Shown: positions 47,286 through 58,004, numbered from the stretch's first letter. The stretch: 64,000 bases of DNA from Bdellovibrionales bacterium (GCA_965261545.1 CBDHDF010000010.1:192001-256000), one strand, 5' to 3'. A program made the numbers and translations. The notes: generated by a model not told the origin, from the sequence alone.

Positions 47286-50200
47286 GTGAGGATGGCAAAC
47301 AAGGAGATATTTTCATTGAAAACCATGTCGAAAACGATTCTAAAAAATATATTTGTCGCCTTGTTTGGCTCTTTGAACTGGACTCTTCCCAAGTGGTTAG
47401 GTGGGTTGATAGGGTGTGTGTGTCGTTTGATTGCTGGAATCAAAAGAGAACATTCAAGCCATAAAAAAAGATTTTATTGTATTCTGTCTTGTCTATTTCT
47501 TTTTGCCGCTGTGGGTGCGAGTGCTTATTTCGGGTATATCCATCAGCCTCAGTTGATGCGAGTCAGTGTTCAGGGGTCCACGATTGAACCCACTCCTCTT
47601 AAAGAGAGAGCAAAGCCTGTAGAATATAGCATTACTTTTGGGGGGTCTGTGGCTAAGCTCTCTGATGTGGGAAAAGTGGTGACAAGTGGTATTTCCATTG
47701 TGCCTGAGATTCAAGGTGTATGGAAATGGGCTTCGGATAGTGAGCTTGTTTTTAAAGTAACAAAGGATTGGCACACGGGGGCCACCCACCGTGTTCATCT
47801 TAAAAAAACGCTTTTTCCCAAGCATATTCACTTAGAAACCTATGAGCTGGAACTGTCCACTCCAAAACTTAAGATTGATATTAAAGAGGCTTCTTTTTAT
47901 CAGAACCCCAAGAAAATAAGAGATAAAAGGGTGGTGGTTGAGTTTCACTTTACCCATCCTATTGATACAGAATCCTTTGAAAAAAATGTGCAACTCATCC
48001 ATCTTTCTGGAGTGGGAAAGGGACTTGTCGCCCGAGGACATAAAGAAAAAATGGATTTTACAGTGACCTATGATGATTTTTTCGGAAAAGCTTTTTTACA
48101 TTCAAAGAATCTAACGATCAAAAATTATGAGAGTCGAGTGAAAGTCGAGGTGAAGGGAAAGATTTATTCCAAGTTACAAGGGCGTGGAGTTCTGGCAGAT
48201 ATTAAGAAAAGTGTCAAAGTGCCAGGAATTTTAACATTTTTTAAATTTCAAAGCTTTGATTTAGAATTTGTGAGGAACAGTGATTATGAGCTTGAGCAAG
48301 TTCTTATACTCAATAGCACAACAAGGGTCTCTTCAAAAGAATTGACAAAACACCTAGAGGTGTACTCACTTCCCAAGGATTGTCCTGCGAGTCTCAATAG
48401 AAAGAAAATCAAAGGATGCCGTTGGGATGTGGATTCTGTGTCCAACAAAGTCCTCGCTGTATATAAAAAGGTTGAGGTTGTCCCCATTCCCACAAAAAAA
48501 GATTTTTCTCAAACCCTTAGCTATAAATATAAAGAAAATCCGGGAATGTTTCTTTATATTCATATCAAAAAAGGTATCAAGTCTTTCGGGGGATATATGT
48601 TGCCGAGAGGATACTCCTTTGTGGCTCAAGTTCCACCCTTTCCAAAAGAGCTAAAGATTATGGCAGAGGGATCATTGTTGAGTCTGAATGGTGAAAGAAA
48701 GCTTTCGATTTTGTCTCGGAATATAAAGAATATAGGGTATCGAATTCAAAGGATATTGCCAGGTCAAATATCTAACTTTATCACACAAAGCTGGGGTGAT
48801 TTAAGTCACCCAAAATTTCGTTCAGAATTTAATTATCACTTGGGGATGGAAAATCAGTTTGGGATAGAAAATATATCTGAGACATTTAGCGGATCGAGAG
48901 CCCTTCCCCTCGTTGCGGATGGAAAAACACAGTACTCTCATTTTGATTTTGAAAAATTTCTAAATAATGTGAAGGGAAGACCCCGAGGACTTTTTCAATT
49001 GACAATTGAGGAGAAATTGAAAAAGCGTTCTTATCCAACGTTGAAAGGACCAACGGATCAGCGGTTTATCCTTGTCACAGATATAGGAATTATATCTAAA
49101 AAATCTGTAAGTGGAGGGTATGACCTATTTATTCAATCCATTTCAAGTGGACGGCCCATGGCAGGGGTCAAGGTTCAAGTGATGGGGAAAAACGGTCTTC
49201 CTGCCCTCACGAAAAGAAGCAATCATAGGGGGCATGTTTGGTTTTCAAGCCTCAAAAACTTTAAGCAAGAAAAGGAGCCTGTGGCTTTTGTTGTCACAAA
49301 AGGGGTCGATCTTTCTTTTTTACCGATTCGCACACATACTAAGGCTTTGAACTATTCTAGATTTGATGTGGGAGGTGTTCATGTTGGGAATCAAAGTCAT
49401 AGTCTAAAAAGCTATATGTTTTCAGACCGTGGTATTTATAGACCAGGTGAGAGGGTACGTATTGGTTATGTGATTAAAAACTCTGACAATTGGTCAGAGA
49501 GCCTTTCAGGTGTACGTCTCTCATTGAGTGTGGAAAACCCCAAGGGTCAATCCATTAAAAATGAGGAAGACATTGGACTCAATCAAGAAGGTCTTCAAAC
49601 CTATGAGTTTGAAACAAATGATAACTGGATCACAGGAGATTACACAGTTTCCTTGTTTGCAAAAATGAAGGAACAAGACCGCATTCAAATGGACTCCATC
49701 AACGTCAAAGTGGAGGAATTTGTACCCGATCGCTTAAAGATATCTGCAAATTTCTCAAAGCCCCTTAATAAAGGCTGGCTTCATCCAAAGGATTTAAAAG
49801 CCCATGTCCACTTAAAAAATCTCTTTGGCACACCTGCGCAAAATCGCCGCATTGTCGGTAAAATTTCTTTGATACCCCGTTATCCCTCCTTTAATGCTTA
49901 TAAAGATTGGAAGTTTTATAGCTCCGTGCGGTCTCAAGAGAGTTTCAATGAGGAGTTGGGAGAGCAAACAACAAACAAAGAAGGCAGTGCTGTGTTTAAC
50001 CTTGGTTTGGATAAGTTTGACTCCTCTTCCTATTTATTAAATTTTATGGTCGAAGGCTTTGAAGCGGAGGGAGGGCGATCTGTTCAGGCTTTTCATACCA
50101 CCCTTGTTTCTCCCCTAGAGTATTTGGTGGGTCACAAGGCACAGGGGGCTCTCAAATATATCCACCGAGGAGCCCAACTGGGAGTTGATTTTATAGCCGT

Positions 50201-53150
50201 TGATGCTCATTTGGAAAAGGTGCCTGTCCAGGAATTGACACTCAAGATTGTTCATTTCCAGTATGTGTCCACATTGGTAAAAAAACTCAATGGCACCTAT
50301 AAATATGAGTCCATTAAAAAAGAACGTGAAGTGAAAAGCTTACCCTTTCATATCAGTGCTTCTGGGACTTCAGTGCCACTAGACACTTCCCAAGCAGGTG
50401 ACTTTGCTCTCGTTGTCTTAAATGGCGATCATTTAGAGCTAAGCCGTGTTCCCTACAGTGTGGCTGGAAAATCCAATTTGGCCTCTCGTTTGGAAAGAAA
50501 TGCCGAACTCAAGGTCCAACTCAATAAAAATGACTTTGCTCCTGGGGACGAAATTGAAATCAATATAAGATCACCCTATGTTGGCTCTGGATTAATCGCT
50601 ATAGAAAGAGAGCGTATTTTTGCCTATAAATGGTTTCATGCAAGTACAAAAAATACTGTTCAAAGGATTCGCATCCCCATGGACTTTGAAGGCAATGGTT
50701 ATGTCAATGTGATGTTTGTGAGGTCTCTATCTTCTAACGAAATCTTTATGAGCCCTCTAAGTGTGGGGGTGGCTCCCTTTTCCATCCATAAATCAAGTCG
50801 TATCAACAAAATCTCCCTTCATGTACCCTCCCTTGTGCGCCCTGGAGATGACTTGGAGATAGATATTGCATCCACTCGCAAAGGTAAGGCCATTGTTTTT
50901 GCTGTTGATGAGGGAATTCTTCAATTTGCTGAGTACAAAAACCCAGACCCCCTCAGTCACTTTTATGAAAAGCAGGCATTGGAAGTTGAAACCAGGCAAA
51001 TTCTTCATCTCATTTTACCTGAATTCTCAAAGGTTGCCTTGAGACGCTCTTCAGAATCGGGAGGGGCTTCAGGGAGTCTTTTGGGCAAAAACCTCAACCC
51101 CTTTAAACGTCAACGAGACAAGTCCGTGGCCTACTGGTCGGGACTCATGGACATTGGACCAAAGTCGCAAAAATTAACATATTCTGTCCCTGACTATTTT
51201 TCAGGACAACTGAGGGTGATTGCTGTGGCTGTATCTCCAGACACGATGGGTGTTTCTGTAGAAAAGACCTTGGTCAAAGGGCCTTTTGTGATCTCTCCAA
51301 ACACACCCACTTTTGTGGCACCAAAAGATGATTTGACCGTTTCTGTTGGTATTTCCAACAACGTGCAAGGTTCGGGTGAAAATGCTGAGGTGGAAGTTCA
51401 TTTAAAGACTTCAGAGAATATTAAAATCAAGGGATCGCCTTCTGTGTCACTAAAAATCAATGAGGGAGACGAAGCCTCAGCAACTTTTGATATTGTCGCC
51501 CAAGAACCTTTAGGCCATGGGGAACTTGTATTTACAGCTCGTTATAAAGATCAATCCAGCCAGCGAAGATCAACCTTAAGTGTGCGACCAGCCACTCCCC
51601 TTATTATATCCGTCCATTCAGGTTATTTAGATGCCAATAAAAGCATCAAGGTGGCAACTCCAAGAAGAGCCTATAAAGAGTTTCAATCCAATGAAGTCTC
51701 CGTTTCTAAAGTACCATTGGGACTTACAAAATCATTTGTAAATTATCTTCAGAAATATCCATATGATTGCACAGAGCAAATCATCAGTCAGGGGTTTCCC
51801 TCTCTTGTCTTTGGCAACTATGAGGAGTGGGGAAAAACAAAGAGCGAAATTGCCACACAGGTGCAAGATATCACTGAAATACTCTCAAATCGTCAACGAC
51901 CTGATGGGAGTTTTACTAAATGGCCAGGTCCCTATGAGGAAGATGCTTTTCATACAGCTTATGCGGTTCACTATTTAACTGAAGCAAGGGACAGGGGCTA
52001 TGAAATTCCAAAGCCTCTTATGAAACATGCTTTGTCTTACCTTGAAGATTTTTCTAAACAGGAGACAAAAGACTTATCCATGGCGAGGATTCAGTCTTAT
52101 GGAGCTTACCTTCTGGCTAGAAATGAGTTTGTTGTCACCCAATCACTGACCTCGTTGGAGCAGTGGCTTGAGAAACACTATGCTGAATATTGGTTCAAGG
52201 ATATTGTGACTTTATATATGGCCAGTGCTTATAAGATCATGAAAGCCTCTATAAGAGCACAAAAGTTACTTATGCAATTTGATGATACCCACAAGACACC
52301 TTCTGAATATAAGTATGGTGTCTATGATGATACGATCAAGCGAGCCATGCATCTCTATTTGGTTTCTAAGCACTTTCCACATATGTTGAGTGCGTTTGAT
52401 GGTGAGAAGATCAATATCTTAGTAAAGCAGCTTTCTAGGGCCTACAATACAAACTCATCGAGTTTATCTATTTTGGCATTTGAGTCCTATGCCCAGGGGC
52501 TTACTCAAATAAAAAAGAAGGGATCATCGGAGGGCTTACCAGACACCTCAGGTATTTCAGTGGTGGAGTGGGTGGAGAAAGCAAAAAATGCATTGAAATT
52601 AGAAGGCTCTTTGTTTCCTAAGTCTGATTTTTCTTCCCACGCCAATGAAATCAGTATTTCCAACGACAGCCAACATGTGGCTTATTTCTCTGTGATTCAA
52701 GAGGGGTTTGATCGAAAATCTAGCCAAGTCCCACTTGTCAGTGGGATTGAAGTGTTTAAGGAGTTTATAGATAAAGAGGGAAATATAAAGGATATCGCCA
52801 AGGATAAAGAGGATAAGGTAAAACTTGGGGATGAATTGACCGTGAGACTACGAACTCGATCCATTGACTCCTTTTGGGTGTCTAATATCGCTATTGTAGA
52901 CCTTCTTCCGGGAGGATTCGAGGTGGTGTTGGATTCTATTGATAGAGATAGTGGAAAAGTAGAATATGTGGATGCAAGAGAGGATCGTGTTTTGATATTC
53001 ACTCACTTTACAAAAGAAATAAAAAGTTACACATACAAAATAAAGGCCATCAATAAGGGGCGCTATCAAGTGCCCCCCGTATTTGCTGAATCCATGTATG
53101 ATCGCCAACTGCAATCAAAAGGGATTGCCAAAGAAATTGTTGTTGAGTGA
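47286..53150 (+). CDS. Bacterial alpha-2-macroglobulin (YfhM-like)
   Basis: 1954 aa; VTDIG, FSDRGIYRPGE, VEEFVPDR, FAVDEGIL, thioester motif YPYDCTEQ, DLLPGGFE, REDRV, AESMY. Confidence 0.95.
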   Translation: MRMANKEIFSLKTMSKTILKNIFVALFGSLNWTLPKWLGGLIGCVCRLIAGIKREHSSHKKRFYCILSCLFLFAAVGASAYFGYIHQPQLMRVSVQGSTIEPTPLKERAKPVEYSITFGGSVAKLSDVGKVVTSGISIVPEIQGVWKWASDSELVFKVTKDWHTGATHRVHLKKTLFPKHIHLETYELELSTPKLKIDIKEASFYQNPKKIRDKRVVVEFHFTHPIDTESFEKNVQLIHLSGVGKGLVARGHKEKMDFTVTYDDFFGKAFLHSKNLTIKNYESRVKVEVKGKIYSKLQGRGVLADIKKSVKVPGILTFFKFQSFDLEFVRNSDYELEQVLILNSTTRVSSKELTKHLEVYSLPKDCPASLNRKKIKGCRWDVDSVSNKVLAVYKKVEVVPIPTKKDFSQTLSYKYKENPGMFLYIHIKKGIKSFGGYMLPRGYSFVAQVPPFPKELKIMAEGSLLSLNGERKLSILSRNIKNIGYRIQRILPGQISNFITQSWGDLSHPKFRSEFNYHLGMENQFGIENISETFSGSRALPLVADGKTQYSHFDFEKFLNNVKGRPRGLFQLTIEEKLKKRSYPTLKGPTDQRFILVTDIGIISKKSVSGGYDLFIQSISSGRPMAGVKVQVMGKNGLPALTKRSNHRGHVWFSSLKNFKQEKEPVAFVVTKGVDLSFLPIRTHTKALNYSRFDVGGVHVGNQSHSLKSYMFSDRGIYRPGERVRIGYVIKNSDNWSESLSGVRLSLSVENPKGQSIKNEEDIGLNQEGLQTYEFETNDNWITGDYTVSLFAKMKEQDRIQMDSINVKVEEFVPDRLKISANFSKPLNKGWLHPKDLKAHVHLKNLFGTPAQNRRIVGKISLIPRYPSFNAYKDWKFYSSVRSQESFNEELGEQTTNKEGSAVFNLGLDKFDSSSYLLNFMVEGFEAEGGRSVQAFHTTLVSPLEYLVGHKAQGALKYIHRGAQLGVDFIAVDAHLEKVPVQELTLKIVHFQYVSTLVKKLNGTYKYESIKKEREVKSLPFHISASGTSVPLDTSQAGDFALVVLNGDHLELSRVPYSVAGKSNLASRLERNAELKVQLNKNDFAPGDEIEINIRSPYVGSGLIAIERERIFAYKWFHASTKNTVQRIRIPMDFEGNGYVNVMFVRSLSSNEIFMSPLSVGVAPFSIHKSSRINKISLHVPSLVRPGDDLEIDIASTRKGKAIVFAVDEGILQFAEYKNPDPLSHFYEKQALEVETRQILHLILPEFSKVALRRSSESGGASGSLLGKNLNPFKRQRDKSVAYWSGLMDIGPKSQKLTYSVPDYFSGQLRVIAVAVSPDTMGVSVEKTLVKGPFVISPNTPTFVAPKDDLTVSVGISNNVQGSGENAEVEVHLKTSENIKIKGSPSVSLKINEGDEASATFDIVAQEPLGHGELVFTARYKDQSSQRRSTLSVRPATPLIISVHSGYLDANKSIKVATPRRAYKEFQSNEVSVSKVPLGLTKSFVNYLQKYPYDCTEQIISQGFPSLVFGNYEEWGKTKSEIATQVQDITEILSNRQRPDGSFTKWPGPYEEDAFHTAYAVHYLTEARDRGYEIPKPLMKHALSYLEDFSKQETKDLSMARIQSYGAYLLARNEFVVTQSLTSLEQWLEKHYAEYWFKDIVTLYMASAYKIMKASIRAQKLLMQFDDTHKTPSEYKYGVYDDTIKRAMHLYLVSKHFPHMLSAFDGEKINILVKQLSRAYNTNSSSLSILAFESYAQGLTQIKKKGSSEGLPDTSGISVVEWVEKAKNALKLEGSLFPKSDFSSHANEISISNDSQHVAYFSVIQEGFDRKSSQVPLVSGIEVFKEFIDKEGNIKDIAKDKEDKVKLGDELTVRLRTRSIDSFWVSNIAIVDLLPGGFEVVLDSIDRDSGKVEYVDAREDRVLIFTHFTKEIKSYTYKIKAINKGRYQVPPVFAESMYDRQLQSKGIAKEIVVE

Positions 53151-53170
53151 TTTTATAGAGATAAGAGATA

Positions 53171-55621
53171 ATGATAAAGAAGGGAATTTTCATTTTAGTA
53201 TCCATTTTCATTGTTCACAAGATTGTTTTATGGATCCAACCTTTTGGCTCCCTTTTATCAAAAATCCCATTCTCACAGGAAGTGGTGGACAGAAACGGGA
53301 ACCTTTTGCGCCTTTCTTTGTCTGAAGACCAAATCTATCGTTTGAAAACAGATCTGACAGAGATATCCCCTCTGCTTCGTGAAACAACACTTCTTTATGA
53401 AGATCGCTATTTTTATTGGCATATGGGAGTCAATCCATTTTCTATGGTGAGGGCTGCATGGAGCACATTCGTATCAAAGAATAGGATGATGGGAGCCTCA
53501 ACGATTACAATGCAATTAAGTCGTTTGCTTTTTAAGATGGATTCTCGAGGACTTATTGGTAAAGTCCATCAGATGATGAGGGCTTTACAGATTGAGTTCT
53601 TGTATAGTAAGGATGATATTCTAGAGGCTTATTTGAATATAGCACCCTATGGGTTCAATATTGAAGGTGTCGGGGCTGCAAGCAGAATATATTTTGATAA
53701 ACACCCCCGACGACTTTCTCTCTTAGAGTCTCTTACCTTGTCTGTGATTCCTCAAAATCCCACGAAGAGAACCCGACATATTCAGATGCCTCCACTCAGT
53801 GTATCTAAGGAGGCTTATAACAAGCCACTGAAAAAAGCTCTCCATAGATTATTCAGTCAATGGGTGCTAAGGCATCCCAATCACTTTATAAAGAAAATAG
53901 ATTCCAACTTGAACCTGGATATGAGACACCCAAGAAGGCTTCCATTCTACGCTCCTCATCTGGTCACAGAAGTGATGGGAAAAAGGGCAGAAGATTTAAT
54001 CACAGAGAAGCGGTCCATAGTTCTGAGTTTGGATTTGCCCTTGCAATTGATGTTTGAAAAGGTTGCCAAGTCTTATATCCATGAAAGAAAAAGGCATGGA
54101 GTGAAGAATATGTCGGCTCTCCTGGTGGACACGCAGTCCATGGAAGTTCTCTCTTACATTGGCTCTGTGGATTTTTTTAATGAGGGTATCCATGGGCAGG
54201 TCAATGGAGTGCGAGCCAGAAGATCACCTGGCTCTGCTCTCAAGCCCTTTGTGTACGGGTTGGCTATGGAGCAGGGTATTATTCACCCTCTCAGCACTTT
54301 GAAGGATGCACGAACGTCGTTTGGTCTCTATACTCCCGACAATTTTGACAGCCGATTTTCTGGTCCACTTTCAGCAACACAAGCTCTTGTGCTTTCAAGA
54401 AATATTCCAGCCATCCGCTTAACTCGGCAATTATCTGTGCCGAAAGTGCATAAGCTTTTTCACTCATTAAATATACCGCTCCATCCAAACCCACAGCACT
54501 ACGGACTCTCCATTATTTTGGGCACCACGGGTGTGACGATGGAAGAGCTTGTGAAAAGCTATGCCCTATTGAATAACAAGGGGAGGTATCGGCCCATAAA
54601 GAAGCAAATGGACCCAGTGCCCATGCCCATCGGGGTCGGGGTGCCCATAGGTGACCATCTTTTTCGATTTACCGGGGAAATGAAACAAATGAAACGAAGA
54701 AAATCAAAAGAGCAAGAAAAACAGATTTTTTCCAAAGAGGTGGCTTTTTTAGTTTTAGATATGTTGACACAAAACCCTCACCCTCAAGGTAAACCAGGAG
54801 GAAGTACCTGGAAATTACATCCTCAAAGTGTGGCTTGGAAAACAGGCACATCCATGGGTTTTCGTGATGCTTGGGCTGTTGGTGTCTTTGATCATTATGT
54901 TCTTGCAACATGGGTGGGTCATTTTTCAGGTCATGGAAACCAAGCATTTGTTGGGAGAAAGGTGGCTGGCCCCTTGCTGTTTTCATTGATTGAGGCTCTG
55001 GCAAAGGTGAGGGAGGTGAACTTTTCTAAGCCCTCCCCCACTTCAGATTTAAATCTCACAAGTGTTGATTTTTGCCCCCTATCTGGCCGCCTTCCCCACA
55101 AAGATTGCCCACATAGGAAGAAGGGATGGTTCATACCAGGAGTAAGCCCCATACATCGCTGCAAGGTGCATAGAAGAATCGAAATAGACTTGGTTTCTGG
55201 GTACCAGGTTTGCTCAGGATTCAAAGGTCCCACTCAAACCAAAGTTTTTGAAAACTGGCCCACTGATATTCTCAAACTATTTCAACAAGCTGGATTGGGC
55301 AGAAAAACCCCACCCCCACGGCATCCGAAATGTCGTCAAGATATCTTTGGAGACATGGACCCAAAGATTCTTTCTCCAAAAGAAAGAATTGTCTATAATT
55401 TGAGAACATCTGGGTCTGATTCTAAGAAGATTCCCTTTCTGGCTATTGGCGATGGAAGTGTCAAAAATTTTTCTTGGTACGTCAACAATCAGTTTGTAGG
55501 ACAATCTCAAATGAATCATCCCCTCTTATGGATGGCAGCTTCTGGGCAACACACTGTGCGAGTTATAGATGACCATGGTCGATCCACAGAAGTTGCTCTC
55601 AATGTTCAATGGGTGGATTAA
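53171..55621 (+). CDS. pbpC: Penicillin-binding protein 1C
   Basis: Transglycosylase EDRYFYWH and GASTITMQ; transpeptidase SALK, SRN and KTG; C-terminal beta domain; adjacent to the alpha-2-macroglobulin gene. Confidence 0.95.
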   Translation: MIKKGIFILVSIFIVHKIVLWIQPFGSLLSKIPFSQEVVDRNGNLLRLSLSEDQIYRLKTDLTEISPLLRETTLLYEDRYFYWHMGVNPFSMVRAAWSTFVSKNRMMGASTITMQLSRLLFKMDSRGLIGKVHQMMRALQIEFLYSKDDILEAYLNIAPYGFNIEGVGAASRIYFDKHPRRLSLLESLTLSVIPQNPTKRTRHIQMPPLSVSKEAYNKPLKKALHRLFSQWVLRHPNHFIKKIDSNLNLDMRHPRRLPFYAPHLVTEVMGKRAEDLITEKRSIVLSLDLPLQLMFEKVAKSYIHERKRHGVKNMSALLVDTQSMEVLSYIGSVDFFNEGIHGQVNGVRARRSPGSALKPFVYGLAMEQGIIHPLSTLKDARTSFGLYTPDNFDSRFSGPLSATQALVLSRNIPAIRLTRQLSVPKVHKLFHSLNIPLHPNPQHYGLSIILGTTGVTMEELVKSYALLNNKGRYRPIKKQMDPVPMPIGVGVPIGDHLFRFTGEMKQMKRRKSKEQEKQIFSKEVAFLVLDMLTQNPHPQGKPGGSTWKLHPQSVAWKTGTSMGFRDAWAVGVFDHYVLATWVGHFSGHGNQAFVGRKVAGPLLFSLIEALAKVREVNFSKPSPTSDLNLTSVDFCPLSGRLPHKDCPHRKKGWFIPGVSPIHRCKVHRRIEIDLVSGYQVCSGFKGPTQTKVFENWPTDILKLFQQAGLGRKTPPPRHPKCRQDIFGDMDPKILSPKERIVYNLRTSGSDSKKIPFLAIGDGSVKNFSWYVNNQFVGQSQMNHPLLWMAASGQHTVRVIDDHGRSTEVALNVQWVD

Positions 55622-55659
55622 GGAAGGGGTTATGGAGGGCACAATAAATGGCTCCCTCG

Positions 55660-55787
55660 TGATGCTGAATTTCACGAGTTTGACCCACTGAATTTCACGA
55701 AGTTTGACCCATCGTCGCCAATGAAAAGTGGCCGTTTTTCATTGGCGACGGCTTCTAAAAATGGCCAAATTTGATTGTCATCTAACA
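55660..55787. mobile_element. About 128-bp IS21-like miniature element / joined ends (copy 2)
   Basis: Starts TG and ends CA; tandem CTGAATTTCACGA(A)GTTTGACCCA x2, then the palindrome CGTCGCCAATGAAAA...TTTTCATTGGCGACG. Confidence 0.55.
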
Positions 55788-55883
55788 TATGTTGCCGAGA
55801 GGATACACCTTTGTGGCTCAAGTTCCACCCTTTCCCAAAGAGCTAAAGATTATGACAGAGGGATCATTGTTGAGTCTGAATGG
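55787..55883 (+). repeat. 97-bp copy of an internal alpha-2-macroglobulin segment (48595-48691)
   Basis: Direct alignment by eye shows 3 mismatches in 97 bp. Confidence 0.95.
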
Positions 55884-55907
55884 CTGGGGAAAGAGATTTT
55901 TAACCCA

Positions 55908-56171
55908 TTATTGCATTTTATCTAATAACTGAATTGGCTTTACTTTAAGTCCCTTAGCGATGGCAGCAACTGTGCTGAGCCTTACATTTTCAATACGGCA
56001 TTGCTCAATTTCTGCTATTGTGTTTTGAGCTAGTTTTGAACGGATAGATAACTCAGCTTGAGTTATACCTAAATAGTTCCTCTTTTTTCTCACATTCTCA
56101 CAGAAATGTTTAATCATTTCTCGAAGTAACGGATCATTAATATGTAACTCGTCGCGTCTAGTTCTTCCCAC
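55908..56171 (-). CDS. XRE-family HTH regulator (copy 1)
   Basis: VRKKRNYLGITQAELS...TIAEIEQ...NVRLSTVAAIAKGL. Confidence 0.88.
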   Translation of the reverse strand: MGRTRRDELHINDPLLREMIKHFCENVRKKRNYLGITQAELSIRSKLAQNTIAEIEQCRIENVRLSTVAAIAKGLKVKPIQLLDKMQ

Positions 56172-56604
56172 CTTATTAAAGTATCTAGTTTGACAGGATC
56201 AGTAATTAGTTATATTTCTGTAGTTATATAGAACTGTTTTCTCAACAAGTGACAATAGAATCAGGTATTTGCGATGAAAATTGAATTTAGCAAGCTCTAT
56301 GAGGTATAAGGTTTGAGGAAGAACCCCGATGGGAGGATAAAAGCCGCCTTAAGCGATGGAAAAGCTCCGAAAGTTGAGGAGGGGGATAAAGTCGGCACCA
56401 AAAGGTCATTCTCGGATAGGAACTTTCTAACCTGGCGCAGCTAGAATCAAGGGGACAATCGTTTTAAGCAGTAAGTTTGTACTTACTAGCGGCTCTAGCG
56501 TTTAAGCCCGGATGACTGAAAAAAGATTACGGTTGCATTTTGCAAAGATAATAACAGGTAAGGGACTAAAAACTGCCAATTTCACGGAGAGTACTATAGT
56601 CCAT

Positions 56605-56868
56605 TTACATTATTTTATCTAATAGCTGAATTGGCTTTATTTTAAGTCCCCTAGCAATGGCAGCAACTGTGCTGAGCCTTACATTTTCAATACGGCGTTG
56701 CTCAATTTCTGCTATTGTGTTTTGAGCCAGTTTTGAGCGGATAGATAACTCTGCTTGGGTGATACCTAGATGATTTCGTTTTCTTCTCACATTCTTGCAA
56801 AAATGTTCAATCATTTCTCGAAGTAATGGATCACTGATTTGCAACTCGCCGCATCTACTTCTTCCCAT
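56605..56868 (-). CDS. XRE-family HTH regulator (copy 2, paralogue of 55908-56171)
   Basis: Same length and near-identical protein; the upstream DNA is duplicated as well. Confidence 0.88.
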   Translation of the reverse strand: MGRSRCGELQISDPLLREMIEHFCKNVRRKRNHLGITQAELSIRSKLAQNTIAEIEQRRIENVRLSTVAAIARGLKIKPIQLLDKIM

Positions 56869-57175
56869 CTTATTAAAATATCTGATTTGACAAGACTAGT
56901 AACTAGTTATATTTCTGTAGTTATGTAGAACTATCTTTTAACAAATGATAATGAGATAGGTATTCGCAATGAAAATCAAACTAAACATGAATGCAGAAGA
57001 AAGATGAAAATAAAGAAGCAGAGTAGCTGATTACATCTTGGGGGCAAATTTTCTTTCTAGCTCAAAGGTGGGAGAGAAGTTAGGTAGAGCTTACATTTGC
57101 AAAGCAGGTGGGAATAGCTAATGGATGAATTCATAAAAATTTATAAGATAAGGAAAATCAAATAAGAGATAGAAG

Positions 57176-57643
57176 ATGAAGATACTTATTAAAATCAAGA
57201 ATGTAGAAATCTTACTTATTGATAATGATATGCAATCAATAAATACTATGAAATTAATGTGGAAAAACCATGAAAATATCGTAAATGTTCATCAGATCAC
57301 AGATGCCATCAAGCTTTTCATGGATAAAAATTTTAATATTGTTATCTCAGATAGTAGTCTATTTACAAACAATTTGAGTGCTATTGATTGTTATAAAATT
57401 TATAGAAAACTGTATAGGCGATCCCCATACATACTACTGTTCTCGAAAGATCATGAAGTGAAATCGCTGTTTTCAAAATATACTTGGCTATCACAAGATC
57501 CCTATCTAGAATATATGATCAAACCATTTAATCTCAGAGATTTGAATACAAGAGCAGAGTGGATCATGTCAGAAACTTTCATTTTTAGAGAGAAACAAGA
57601 TGTAACTTTGAATTCGTCAACCTCTGATTTTCTTCCAATCTAG
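57176..57643 (+). CDS. Stand-alone response-regulator receiver domain
   Basis: ILLIDND, IVISD, LFS and YMIKPF receiver motifs. Confidence 0.75.
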   Translation: MKILIKIKNVEILLIDNDMQSINTMKLMWKNHENIVNVHQITDAIKLFMDKNFNIVISDSSLFTNNLSAIDCYKIYRKLYRRSPYILLFSKDHEVKSLFSKYTWLSQDPYLEYMIKPFNLRDLNTRAEWIMSETFIFREKQDVTLNSSTSDFLPI

Positions 57644-57728
57644 TTATTTTTTTGGATTTAAACTTATTAAATACTGTTAGAGGAGAGATTATTCAACAAT
57701 TATTTTTAATGATTATTAAGGAGAATGT

Positions 57729-58004
57729 ATGAATACAAAAAAGATTAAAATGTTGATCTTATATTCAGACCCAATTCTCAAAGAACGAGTTTATGCATTA
57801 TTCAAGAAAAATAAAATTAAATTTATTTTCTCAGAAGCAAAAAAAATATCAGAAACAAGAAAAAATATAGTAGAAGAATGTGATATTTATTGCATTGCTA
57901 GAAAATTTATTGATGGAGACCAGAGCATATCTTACTGTACAATCATACTTGAGAATAAAGATATACTGAAAGATAAATTATGTACCTCAAGGTTCTCCGA
58001 ATAA
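57729..58004 (+). CDS. Hypothetical protein, possibly a degenerate receiver fragment
   Basis: AAGGAG RBS; KMLILYSD...CDIYCI loosely resembles the first half of a receiver domain. Confidence 0.4.
   Translation: MNTKKIKMLILYSDPILKERVYALFKKNKIKFIFSEAKKISETRKNIVEECDIYCIARKFIDGDQSISYCTIILENKDILKDKLCTSRFSE

Noticed and set aside
17168..55519. Numerous 60-160 aa ORFs antisense to or nested within long genes
   Set aside because: Shadow ORFs of well-supported genes with no motifs; those at 45.4-46.8 kb simply mirror the tandem repeat.
55787..55883. The 97-bp duplicate as a DGR template/variable repeat pair
   Set aside because: Only 3 mismatches, not all at adenines of one copy; the target is mid-gene; no intact reverse transcriptase in the window.
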